From Polyangiaceae bacterium (GTDB lineage: Bacteria > Myxococcota_A > Polyangia > Polyangiales > Polyangiaceae), in the NCBI GenBank assembly GCA_035273265.1, contig DATEPG010000298.1:14669-78668 (forward strand): DNA of 64,000 bases. The letters are read 5' to 3'. The position numbers and the translations under genes were made by a program. This document shows positions 11,433-21,009 of this stretch, piece by piece. The stretch's first letter is position 1. Every line of letters begins with the position of its first letter. A model generated the notes under the pieces. That model was not told where the DNA came from. It saw only the letters and a list, made by a program, of their open reading frames with translations, and did not search any database.

Positions 11433-12944
11433 TCAATTGACCGGTACGAGAGCGGCGCCGCAGCCACCGCAGAATTGACTGTCACCAGTATATTGCTTGC
11501 CGCACACGGGGCAGATCTTTTTCGTCGGCATGGCGTCAGTAGCTCGCACACTTGCCTGCATCGCAGCAGGTAGCAGCTCTTCACCATGCTTGGGGCAGAG
11601 AAGTACGCCTGGGTCGTACCCTTGGCCACAAACGGGGCACACACCTCCGCTCGGCCCGGTCGGCTCTGCATTGCCGCGCGCGCCAACCAGGCGGTTGCCG
11701 TCATGGGGGCAAAACGCTGCGTCTGGCGGGTATTCCTCACGACAGGTCGGGCAAACCTTGGCCAGCGCTGGCTGGTGGTTCGGCGTAATCGCCGGGCTGA
11801 CCCGCGTTCGCGGCGTTCGCGGTTCTGGCTCGAGCGGTTTTCTGCGGCTGTGTTGCACGAGAGCGAAGCCGAGTAGGCCCAGCACCAATGCCGTACCCCC
11901 AACCACGCCCACGAAGACAATGCGCCGGCGCTGTGAATCATCCCGCGTGACGACGCTGCCGCCGCCGAGGGCCGAAGTGGCGATGCGCGCGACCGCGGCT
12001 TCACTCGACTCACCCTCGGCGTTCAGCCCCTTTTGAGCGAGCAAGGCGTCGTAGCGGTCCTTGGACGCGACCTCGACCGTGACGCGGGCCGAGTGCCCGG
12101 CGACCGTTGCCAGCAGCTCGACGGTCGACTCCGCAGCAGACTCCGGGATTTTGATGCGACCGGGACCCGCGAGCTCGAGCGAAGCGTGTTCGCCCACCAC
12201 CTTCCACAGGGGTGAGAGTGGGACCGTGCAGCCAGCGGCGTCCAGCACTGTCGCGTGAAACTCGAAGCTATCGCCGGGTCGCAGCAGCTTCCTCGCGGGC
12301 CGTACTTCGAGTCGTACGGGCGGTCCAGGAAGCGTACAAACTTTTGCTGCAGGTACCGTTGCGCTGGGCCCGGGGGCGGCCGGAGCCGCGGCCGGGGGGA
12401 GCGGAGCGGTAGGCGTCGCGCTGGCCACCGGCGCGCTCTCTCCTTCGCGCTGAACGAGCGACAAGCTCCGAGTGCGGCGCACGCTCGCCGTGCAGTTCTG
12501 GCCCGCGATCAGGAACTGATATTGGCCCGTTTCGTCGAACGAAATCAGGTTGTCGGTGGCGCTGATGGTCGTGACAATCGTGGCTTGGCGGGGATCTCCG
12601 GGCTTGGTTTTGCAGGTACTTCGCCAGCCGCGCAGGCCACCGCTATGGCTGATGCGAGACAAGCCTGGAAACTGTTCCCAGCACTCGCTCGTCGAGTACT
12701 CGCGTCCCGCGCCGCTCATGTGGAGCTCGTTACCGCTGCTCGTAATCGTCACGCTGCCGCCGGCGGCGCCACCTCCGCTCGGACTGGGGCCACAGGCCTT
12801 GCCCCACTCGCCGATGATCCAATCGGATCGCATGGGCGTGGCGCTCCAGCGTCCGGCGAGCGTTGGCGACTGTGCGCGCGCGGACCCCGTGACTGCACAG
12901 AGCAGGAATGCGATCAGAAACTTCAGTAGCGGCAATCGGCGCAT
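11433..12944 (-). CDS. Exported single-TM protein with C-terminal triple zinc-ribbon
   Basis: Signal peptide MRRLPLLKF..ARA, TM IVFVGVVGG.., three CPxC...C repeats. Confidence 0.8.
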   Translation of the reverse strand: MRRLPLLKFLIAFLLCAVTGSARAQSPTLAGRWSATPMRSDWIIGEWGKACGPSPSGGGAAGGSVTITSSGNELHMSGAGREYSTSECWEQFPGLSRISHSGGLRGWRSTCKTKPGDPRQATIVTTISATDNLISFDETGQYQFLIAGQNCTASVRRTRSLSLVQREGESAPVASATPTAPLPPAAAPAAPGPSATVPAAKVCTLPGPPVRLEVRPARKLLRPGDSFEFHATVLDAAGCTVPLSPLWKVVGEHASLELAGPGRIKIPESAAESTVELLATVAGHSARVTVEVASKDRYDALLAQKGLNAEGESSEAAVARIATSALGGGSVVTRDDSQRRRIVFVGVVGGTALVLGLLGFALVQHSRRKPLEPEPRTPRTRVSPAITPNHQPALAKVCPTCREEYPPDAAFCPHDGNRLVGARGNAEPTGPSGGVCPVCGQGYDPGVLLCPKHGEELLPAAMQASVRATDAMPTKKICPVCGKQYTGDSQFCGGCGAALVPVN

Positions 12945-13134
12945 CGCAGATATTGAACCTACACGCTCTGACGTGCTGGACGTGCTGGACGTGCTGTTGG
13001 GCGCACGACGTAGCGCGGGTGCATCGAGAGTAGCGTCACGAGCGGCGCGCCGCCTAGCGTCTTGCGAACCTTGGTCGCGTTCGCGACCACGCCCGAATCT
13101 CGTTTCTTTCTGGGCATTTCGTGGTGGTCCCACG

Positions 13135-13164
13135 TTGACACGGCAATTTCCAGGATGCTACGGT
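13135..13164 (+). promoter_or_regulatory. Sigma70-type promoter for the OmpA gene
   Basis: TTGACA (13135-13140), 18 nt, TACGGT preceded by TGn. Confidence 0.55.
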
Positions 13165-13225
13165 CGGGCCTCGCTAAAGCTCTAGTATTTCCCCAGACTT
13201 CAGCGACACGAAAGGGCTACGAAGC

Positions 13226-15307
13226 ATGCGGCGGATGCGGATCACCAGGCTTCAGCGGGCGGGCTTGCTGCCTGCTGTAACCCTCAGCGCAACGCTCGCT
13301 TTCGCTTTGGCTCTCGTTCCCAGCGTTGGCCGGGCTCAAGACGCCTCGCCCACCCGCGCGCCCGCCGCCAACGGCGACGGCATGGACACGCATCTGTTTC
13401 GGCCGGCGGTCGACTCAAAAGGCTTTTTCTCGGTCAACGGTTCGGACATCCTCGGCGCTGGGAATGTCAGTTTCGGCCTAGTCTTGGACTACGGGCGCAA
13501 TCTGATGCGAACCCGGGCCAGCAACACGCCGCAGGGCGTCAGCCTCGACGCGGACGGCCTGCCCGTCGTCGGCCCGTGCTCTGACGAGAACTGCCGCATG
13601 GTCACGGGCGAGGGCGCAGGCGTCAATGCCCTGGTTCAGAACTCCTTCCAAGGTACCTTCGGAGTCAGCTACGGCGTGGCCAACAAAGCCATCGTTGGTT
13701 TGAGCATCCCGGTCAACCTGATGACGGGGGACGCGGCGTACAACATCGGCCGCAACGACAGCGGCTTATATAACTCCGCCAAGCTGGACTCGCAGAAGCT
13801 GAGCTTCCTGGCGCTCCACGGCAAGCTCCGCCTCACCCGCGTCGATCGCGGCATTGGCTTGGCGATCGTCGCTCAGGTCGGTGTGCCGATCTCCGGTGCG
13901 CCGCGTGACTTGGGCGCCGATCCCAAATTTTGGTACTGGCCGCAGTTCGTGATCGAAAACCAATTCGGTGCCGAGCGTCGCTTCCACGTCGGCCTCAACG
14001 TTGGCTTCCGCGGTCATGCCGGCAACAACCCCCGCTTCGAGAACGACAGCACCGGCAAGTCCCAGCTGAAAGAGGGCAATTTCGAGTACTCGAACCTCGG
14101 CACGTACAGCCTCGGCCTGTCGTACCGCGTGCTCGATGCGCTCGATCTGGTCGCTGAATCGTACGGTTCGTACCAGCTTGCCGGCAAGTCAGACAGCAAG
14201 CAAAAGTTCAGCAACGAGTTTTTGGGCGGCATCAAGCTGTTCATCGAAAGCAACAGCTACTTGATGATGGGCGCGGGCAGTCGCGCCTTCTCCACCGGTT
14301 TCGAAGCAGCTGACGTGCGCATGGTGCTCGGCTTCGTCTACGAGCCTTCCATCGGCGATCGCGACGGCGATGGCTACAAGGACGATCAAGACCAATGCCC
14401 GGATGAGCCGGAGGACTTCGACGGTTTCAAAGACGAAGACGGCTGTCCCGATCCGGACAACGACAACGACGGCATTTTGGACGTCGACGATCGCTGCCCG
14501 AACGTCCCGGAGGACTTCGACGGCGATCACGACACCGACGGCTGCCCGGACATCGATCGCGATGGTGACCGCGACGGTGACGGCATTCCGGACAAGAAGG
14601 ACAAGTGCCCGGACGATCCGGAAGACAAAGACGGCTTCGAAGACCTCGACGGCTGCCCCGAACCCGACAACGATCACGACGGCATCCCGGACAAGCAAGA
14701 TAGCTGCCCCGACGACGCCGAAGACAAAGACAACTTCGAGGACGCCGACGGCTGCCCCGATCCGGACAACGACAAAGATCAGATCCCGGACGTCAAGGAC
14801 AAGTGCCCGAACGAGCCGGAGACCTACAACGGCTTCCAGGATCAAGACGGCTGCCCCGACAAGGGCAAGGTCATCATCGAGGGCAACGACATCGTGATCC
14901 TCGAGAAGGTCCAGTTCGAAACCGGCAGCGCCAAGATCCTGCCCGGCTCGAACGGCATCCTCGATGCCGTCGCTGCCACGCTCAAGGGTCATCCCGAGTT
15001 CACCGTGCTGGAAGTCGCGGGCCACGCCGACGAGCGCAACACGGACGCTTACAACTTGAACCTCACCCGTCTGCGCGCCGCCGCCGTGATGGACGCCTTG
15101 AAATCTCGCGGAGTGCCTGGCAACCGCCTCGTCTCTCAAGGCTACGGTGAGTACTGCCCGCTCGACCCTGACTCCAACCCGACCGCCTGGGAAAAGAATC
15201 GCCGCGTCGAATTCAAAGTCGTCAAGACCGAAGAAGGCATGACCGGCGTCGACCGCGGCTGCGAAACCGCCCGAGGCAAGGGCGTCATTCCGCCCGTCGT
15301 GCAGTAA
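13226..15307 (+). CDS. OmpA-family outer-membrane protein with thrombospondin type-3 repeats
   Basis: Signal peptide, beta-barrel-like N half, repeated DxDxDGIxDxxDxCP units, OmpA C domain (GHADE..NLNL..RA..NRRVEF). Confidence 0.95.
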   Translation: MRRMRITRLQRAGLLPAVTLSATLAFALALVPSVGRAQDASPTRAPAANGDGMDTHLFRPAVDSKGFFSVNGSDILGAGNVSFGLVLDYGRNLMRTRASNTPQGVSLDADGLPVVGPCSDENCRMVTGEGAGVNALVQNSFQGTFGVSYGVANKAIVGLSIPVNLMTGDAAYNIGRNDSGLYNSAKLDSQKLSFLALHGKLRLTRVDRGIGLAIVAQVGVPISGAPRDLGADPKFWYWPQFVIENQFGAERRFHVGLNVGFRGHAGNNPRFENDSTGKSQLKEGNFEYSNLGTYSLGLSYRVLDALDLVAESYGSYQLAGKSDSKQKFSNEFLGGIKLFIESNSYLMMGAGSRAFSTGFEAADVRMVLGFVYEPSIGDRDGDGYKDDQDQCPDEPEDFDGFKDEDGCPDPDNDNDGILDVDDRCPNVPEDFDGDHDTDGCPDIDRDGDRDGDGIPDKKDKCPDDPEDKDGFEDLDGCPEPDNDHDGIPDKQDSCPDDAEDKDNFEDADGCPDPDNDKDQIPDVKDKCPNEPETYNGFQDQDGCPDKGKVIIEGNDIVILEKVQFETGSAKILPGSNGILDAVAATLKGHPEFTVLEVAGHADERNTDAYNLNLTRLRAAAVMDALKSRGVPGNRLVSQGYGEYCPLDPDSNPTAWEKNRRVEFKVVKTEEGMTGVDRGCETARGKGVIPPVVQ

Positions 15308-15336
15308 ACTCGTTCGCCGCTCGCCTCTCGCCCGTA

Positions 15337-15360
15337 CTCTCCCGCGCCTCGCCGGGAGAG
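15337..15360 (+). terminator. Stem-loop after the OmpA gene
   Basis: CTCTCCCG-8 nt-CGGGAGAG; no U-tract. Confidence 0.4.
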
Positions 15361-15582
15361 GTGGATGTTGGACGTCACCGAACCCGTCGTGTCTTCGGCA
15401 CTCATTCGACGCCAGAGTGCGAGCCGCTTCGCGACCTGATGTGCGATGCCGGACCACATTGACGCCGAGCTCCGCGTGGTCGTCCGAGCGCAAGGCCCTC
15501 GAAAATGCAAGCCGAGCGATCATCGTAACCTCGGGCGGGTGCGCTGACGTCGTTCCAATCGCCACGGAGGCGGTCGAGTTCG

Positions 15583-16410
15583 ATGCTCGAGCGCCCTCGA
15601 GATCTGCAACGAAGGGAGTGTCACGCCGGAAGCCCGCGAGCACTCCCAAGCGGCTTCGTATCGTTTATAAAAGAGCGGGCGATCGCACTCCTGCAGCGCA
15701 CCTCACAGGGCGCGGTGTTCTCGCCGCGGACGGAAACCGATAGCTACTCCTTCGATCTGGATAACTTCGAGTTCAACTCGATGCATACTCGGAGTGGACA
15801 AGAGAACAAATTCAGACTTCTCAATCAGATCGTCCGAAAGGTTGCGATACTCAACACCAAGGTCGATTTTACGCCAGCCGATCCGAATCACTCCATTCGA
15901 GATCAGATTGACGGCTGGTACAATAACCCTTCTCACGCAAACACGCTTCCCGCTTGCGTGACAAACCAGCCTTGCTTCAACTCGAATTACGTGCCGCCGG
16001 GTTGGGATACGAACGTAACCGGCGTTGTCGGGACGACAGAGCTTTACCGGGATGTAATTCGCGGAAATTGTCGCAGTTGTCACATCGCGAACAACCGCGA
16101 GCCGGATTTGCTGTTCGACGGCTTGGAGGGTTTTCTATTTTGGTTCAACCGCGTGAAAAACACGTCGCTCTCTCCGTACCAAAATTTGACCACGAGCGCG
16201 GCGGCGCTGGCGGCCAACATCACATCTTATTCAATGCCGCATGCGCTGCAATCGACGCGACAATTTTGGCTGTCGCCAGCCCCTGCAGCGCTCGAAAAGT
16301 TTTACGCACAGCTCAACTTCACTGCCGCCGTAAACATTCTGCACGGCGCAACCGGCGGCAACGTCGTCACCCTGGATCCGCAAATCATCAGCGCAATTCA
16401 ACTGGAGTGA
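15583..16410 (+). pseudogene. C-terminal remnant of a c-type cytochrome-like protein
   Basis: CRSCH heme motif at 16069-16083; no signal peptide; broken second motif near 15605-15624; visibly more AT-rich than its neighbours. Confidence 0.55.
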
Positions 16411-16492
16411 CGCGCGCTTGGCTTGCCCTCGTGCTCACACACGAGGGTAGCCTGCGGGGCGCTGCGCCTCGAGATCGGGTTGGCCGTCGAAC

Positions 16493-19400
16493 TCACCGAT
16501 GCTTGCTCTTGCGGCGCTGCGCGCGTGCCGGGGGACGGGAACTCGCTGCTCGGTTCGCGAGCTTGACGGCACTCGCGAACTGTCCGACCCAGGCCTTGAA
16601 ATCCTCGTCGCTGAGCTTCGCAGTTCCGATCTGACACAGGCGCCGTAGCTGCACGCCCATGATCGGCGCAAGCTTTGCGTAGTTGCGGATGACCGAGCGC
16701 CGGTAGCGTTTGTCATAGCTCTCTTTGAGCAGTTCTCCGATGGATGCGCCGTGAAGGATGCCTTGCATGGGAGAGGCACTCCCGTCGCTGTCGTCGTAGA
16801 ATCGCCTGCGAATGGGCAGACCAACCCGTCGCTGGTAGCGTTCAGCGTCCGCGGCCGGGCTCGTCAAATCGCGTAGCACCGCTAGTCCGACGGGCAGTGA
16901 TGGCGAGCTTGCGGTGATTGCCAGGTACCACTCTCCGGTCAGCGAAACCTTGCCCGGCAGTGGCAGCACTGAAAACGGCAAATCCGAAGCGTTTTGTCCG
17001 GCTACTTCCCACAACGTCGAAAACCAGAGCCTCGACACCTTTCCTGGAAGCTCCTTCTGCTCTGGCTGCGTGGTGCTAGGGGCCAGCGGCCCACCGAGCA
17101 GCAGCGGTCGGCATAGACTTCTGAAGATCTCGCAAACACGTTGGTCGAGAAAGGCTTCGACCTTGCTCATTCCGTCCGCTGGTAACGCCAAAGGCTCCGC
17201 GCCGTCTTCGGCCTTTCGCCGAGTCGAGAGCAAGATCTCCCAGAACAAGCAGTTCAAGTCTTCGTCCACCGCTGTCGGCATCCAGAAGAAGAACGGCTCG
17301 GATTGGCTCGCGTGCTCGTCGCACTTTTGCGCGATTTCCGCCCAGCTCTTGAAAGTCGGATTGTTTGGATCCTGGTCACGGGCAACGCACAGGAGAGCGA
17401 TGTTCTGGTAGTACGGTACCGCAACGAGGTTCTGGGCGTTGTCCGGATCCGCCGCGTGCTCGCACAGAGCAGCGTTGATGTCGCCCAGGTCCTCGTGAGT
17501 TGGAGCAAGCTCCGCCTTGGGGAACGAGTGGAGAATCGCTCGGCTGCCGCTGGCCTCGTCTCGAAGTTGAATCACCTCGAACTCGTCGAGTTGAAGGATG
17601 CGTAGGCCGTCACCGCTCAGGAACGGCGCCGATTGCAACGTGCGCACCAACGCAGCGCGATGATCCGTGAAGCCATTCATGCGGATGCGGACGTCGAGAA
17701 TGGCATATAACCGCCGCTTGACCTCCTTGTAGTAGGGGGCCTGAATCGTGCTGTCGCCGTACACGAACAGGTCTAGACGTAGTTTGTGGGAAATGCCCTC
17801 CCGATCGAGGCGTAGCAGCGATGGATCGAGCGTGATGCCCCTGGCCTGAATGCTGACTTCCACCGCGTCGCGCCCGTGGCTCATGGCTCGCGTCTTGATG
17901 ACGTGGAGCAGCACGCGATCCCTGCCTTCGTACTCGATTCGCCGGACCTCCAACAGGACGTTCGAGTCGTCCAGGATGGCCCGTTGCAGAGTCGACCCGC
18001 GATCGGTGATGTCGTCGTTGCAGACGTGCAGCAGGGTCGCCTGGCGGCTGCGCACGAAGTCGCTGAAGGCATCAGCGAAGATGGCATCATCACGCACGAA
18101 TGGGCAGCTCAGCTCCCAATGCGCCAGGTTCGAGACCATCACCCGATCGATGAATTCTCCGTTTGCCTGTGCCTCGTCGAATTTTTCCTCCATCAGGCGC
18201 AGAATCCACGCGGTCGTCACCATACCGCTCGGCAGCCGGAGGACCTCGATCTTCTTCTGCTTCGCGCGCGCGTCGTTGAGAATCTCGAGCTCGGACTCGA
18301 TCATGCGTGTGACCGCAAACTGATCGCGCACCGCGATATATAGGGATTTGGGCTTGAGTCCGGAAGGGAGCAATTGCTCGGTGGTTGCTGAAGGCCGCTC
18401 ATCGGACGTGAGCTCCCGTTGCTGCCAGTCGGAGCCGAGCAAGAACGAAAGGCCGAGCAAGGTCTTGAATGTGCCGGCTGCGCCCACCAGCACGATCGCG
18501 TCCCCCTGGTACATGGCTCGAGGCCCGAGCAGCTCATCCACCGCGGCCAAGCCGAAGGAACTCACGAAGCTCGCCGTGCGGACCTCACGCGTGCGGAGTC
18601 GGGCCGTCATCGAAGATGCCGAGAGCGCTACGGCGAGACCGGTGCCCGGCTGGATCGCGATCGGGTGCGCCCCGCGCTGTTCGCGCTGCAACCGCGACTT
18701 CAGCACCTCAACGTAGCGCTGCTCGTAACCGTATTGTGAACGAACCGACAGCTCGATCACGGTGTCGGCGATGTTCGCCAACACGTCGAAAAGTTCTGCC
18801 TTGCCGGGGTCGTGCTCGGCTGTCAAAAGTACGTTCGCGCCGGTCTCGCAGATGCGCTCGAGTTGCTCCACGAGCTTGGCCCGTAGCTTTTGGCGACCGA
18901 TGAAACGTGCACTGTTCAGTGGATCCAGGATGAACAGGCGCAATTGTGCGGAGGAGTTCTCGGCTTGGTCGGCAATGGCGCTCAGCAGCGAGTCGAGGTC
19001 GCCGTCTTTGCGTCGGAAAATCAGTAAATGGCCGCCCTCCAGCTGGGTCCGAGCCTCGATCGCTTGCTGAACCTCGCTGGCATCGACGACCTGCGGCGGG
19101 ACATGTTCGATCTGGCTCTCTTCCGCCGGCGCGACCATGCCGAGCGCGCGCATGTATTGTAGACACTGATCGGGCGACTGTTCGAGTGGCGTAAACCACG
19201 TAACGCCGCCCACGCGCCCGACCGCCGCGCCGATTGCCAAGGCGAGCGAAGTCTTGCCCGTTCCGAACCGTCCGCGCACGAGGATGATCCGTCCCCGGCG
19301 CCTGCCCTTGTTGTCGAGGCTGTCACCGGCTCGGCTGGGCTGACTCGTCGTTACGGCGAGCCCACCCCCTTGGAAGAGCTCGTCGAAGAAGGGGATCCGC

Positions 19401-20143
19401 GTTCTGAGACCCACGAGGTGCGACAGAATGCGATCCGCATCGAGCCATTCAGGTTCCACCCACACACCCGGCGGGCGGTAGGGGTGAACGACGGTACGGA
19501 GCGCGCGGCAGCACTCCAGAAAGAACTCGACGTGGTCATCGACCTGCGACGCACTTCCGAACTCTTCGCCGAGGGCCACCCTCAAGCACCCTCGGACTTC
19601 GTCGGCACTCGCGGCGGTGGTGATTTCTGCTGGATAGCCTGCCAGGCCTTGCTCGCGATGGTCCTCGGCATCCGTGTGGCGCGCCTGGTGACTGACGAGC
19701 GCGCGGACCGATGCGTTCAGAACGCGGATCGTGTCGCCGGACCCGCCGATGTTCCCCTGCGTCAGCCAGTGGCGGCGAATCGCCTGCCAGAGGAAGTAGT
19801 CGTCTTCGACCATTTCGATCGGGCGGGGCGCTCCAAAGCGGGAGCCTGCAATCAGCGATAGGAGGCGTCCGGGCTGTGTCGCCGCCGGATGAACCAGCAC
19901 CTTACCTGTGGCATCCGGACCGATTAGCCAAGCGCGAATGCGCAGCTCCCGATCGAGGTTCTCCCACAGTGCACCGTACTTGGCCGCGGCATCGAGCAGC
20001 GCTTGCCACGCCAGGGCCGACTCCGCCGTCCCCGGGACGGCTACCAAAGATTCTTCACGCGCGCCGCTATGATCGCTGACGACTCGCCAGAACCGCCGAG
20101 CGATGTCGGCGATCGCTTCGGCACGGCCGGGAGCAGGAATCAT
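16493..20143 (-). CDS. Tandem KaiC/RecA-like ATPase fused to a C-terminal solute-binding-protein-like domain
   Basis: Domain 1 TRIPFFDELFQGGGL, GRFGTGKT, FILDPL, IADTVIEL, RYVEVLKSR; domain 2 GLAAVDELLG, GAAGTFKT, LHVIKTR; C-terminus LQLDEF, VAVPYYQNIALL, SWAEI, LTGEWYLAI. Confidence 0.85.
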   Translation of the reverse strand: MIPAPGRAEAIADIARRFWRVVSDHSGAREESLVAVPGTAESALAWQALLDAAAKYGALWENLDRELRIRAWLIGPDATGKVLVHPAATQPGRLLSLIAGSRFGAPRPIEMVEDDYFLWQAIRRHWLTQGNIGGSGDTIRVLNASVRALVSHQARHTDAEDHREQGLAGYPAEITTAASADEVRGCLRVALGEEFGSASQVDDHVEFFLECCRALRTVVHPYRPPGVWVEPEWLDADRILSHLVGLRTRIPFFDELFQGGGLAVTTSQPSRAGDSLDNKGRRRGRIILVRGRFGTGKTSLALAIGAAVGRVGGVTWFTPLEQSPDQCLQYMRALGMVAPAEESQIEHVPPQVVDASEVQQAIEARTQLEGGHLLIFRRKDGDLDSLLSAIADQAENSSAQLRLFILDPLNSARFIGRQKLRAKLVEQLERICETGANVLLTAEHDPGKAELFDVLANIADTVIELSVRSQYGYEQRYVEVLKSRLQREQRGAHPIAIQPGTGLAVALSASSMTARLRTREVRTASFVSSFGLAAVDELLGPRAMYQGDAIVLVGAAGTFKTLLGLSFLLGSDWQQRELTSDERPSATTEQLLPSGLKPKSLYIAVRDQFAVTRMIESELEILNDARAKQKKIEVLRLPSGMVTTAWILRLMEEKFDEAQANGEFIDRVMVSNLAHWELSCPFVRDDAIFADAFSDFVRSRQATLLHVCNDDITDRGSTLQRAILDDSNVLLEVRRIEYEGRDRVLLHVIKTRAMSHGRDAVEVSIQARGITLDPSLLRLDREGISHKLRLDLFVYGDSTIQAPYYKEVKRRLYAILDVRIRMNGFTDHRAALVRTLQSAPFLSGDGLRILQLDEFEVIQLRDEASGSRAILHSFPKAELAPTHEDLGDINAALCEHAADPDNAQNLVAVPYYQNIALLCVARDQDPNNPTFKSWAEIAQKCDEHASQSEPFFFWMPTAVDEDLNCLFWEILLSTRRKAEDGAEPLALPADGMSKVEAFLDQRVCEIFRSLCRPLLLGGPLAPSTTQPEQKELPGKVSRLWFSTLWEVAGQNASDLPFSVLPLPGKVSLTGEWYLAITASSPSLPVGLAVLRDLTSPAADAERYQRRVGLPIRRRFYDDSDGSASPMQGILHGASIGELLKESYDKRYRRSVIRNYAKLAPIMGVQLRRLCQIGTAKLSDEDFKAWVGQFASAVKLANRAASSRPPARAQRRKSKHR

Positions 20144-21009
20144 CGGGGGGAAACGAACCGGATATCCAGAGCCTGCGTGTCCGTGGTGGAGCCTTTCCGG
20201 AACGCGGTACGCGTGTCCGTGGCGGAGCCTGTCGGGAACCCGCTGGCCACGCGCAGCGAGACGAGTTGCGCGCGCTGCTGCTTGACCCGCTCCACGAACG
20301 TACCAGGTTCATCATGGTTATACAGCCCGCGGGAGAGAGCCTCGAATCTCTTCCGGTCCGTCTCGATGAAGTACAGGCCCAGGAGATTCGCGAGCAGTTG
20401 CTCGTGTTGCTTGCTGAGGAAGCAGGCGGATAGGCCAAGCCACAGCAGCTGCTCGAGTTTAGGTCGTGGGCTCGCGACGCGGGGGCTCCGGAGATCGCTG
20501 CTGAGTTGCGCGGCGGCCAGATCGCAAATGGTACAGGTCATTTGACCCACCCAGGCCCCGACTAGGGGGTCATCGAGATAGCTCATCCAGTAGCCACTCG
20601 GACTCTTTTTGAAACCTGTCAGCAAGCCAACACTCGTCTCGAGGCCGGGCCATTGACCGCGACTCACGCGGTTGCGGGCGTGCTCCCTTTCGGCCTCGGC
20701 AAACTGCTGGTGAGCGTTCGTGGAAAGGACGAGCAGGGTGTGTGCCGGGCGTGCCAGCCAACGTGGCGTGAGCAGAACGGTCTTTTCCTGCACCCGGCGT
20801 GCGAGATCCGCCTCGGAAATCGGCGCTTCGAGGTTTGGAGTGCTCGTTCTGAACTGGACCAGCGCGAACGCTTCGCCCGTGGGTTCGTGGCGTACGATGG
20901 GTGTTCGAAGGCCCGCGTCGTCCTCTGGTGCCTCGACAGCGTAGACTTGCAGGTCACGCCACTCGAGAGCACTAGCGCGTTCGTCACTGTTGTCTGAGAC
21001 CCTGTTCAT
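20140..21009 (-). CDS. Hypothetical protein (middle gene of the coupled operon)
   Basis: 289-aa ORF with ATGA overlaps on both sides. Confidence 0.8.
   Translation of the reverse strand: MNRVSDNSDERASALEWRDLQVYAVEAPEDDAGLRTPIVRHEPTGEAFALVQFRTSTPNLEAPISEADLARRVQEKTVLLTPRWLARPAHTLLVLSTNAHQQFAEAEREHARNRVSRGQWPGLETSVGLLTGFKKSPSGYWMSYLDDPLVGAWVGQMTCTICDLAAAQLSSDLRSPRVASPRPKLEQLLWLGLSACFLSKQHEQLLANLLGLYFIETDRKRFEALSRGLYNHDEPGTFVERVKQQRAQLVSLRVASGFPTGSATDTRTAFRKGSTTDTQALDIRFVSPR

Noticed and set aside
14355..14860. Regularly repeated GACGGC/TGCCCGGAC units resembling an array
   Set aside because: They are in-frame TSP3 calcium-binding repeats within the OmpA gene, not a CRISPR or non-coding array.
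14189..15649. Long antisense ORFs (e.g. 14189..15649, 5661..6770, 36045..37298, 56205..57344)
   Set aside because: They shadow well-supported genes on the opposite strand, as expected from high-GC codon bias.
16493..20143. Circadian clock kaiC
   Set aside because: No kaiA or kaiB in the window, the EE motifs and CII ST phosphosites are not recognisable, and there are large extra domains.
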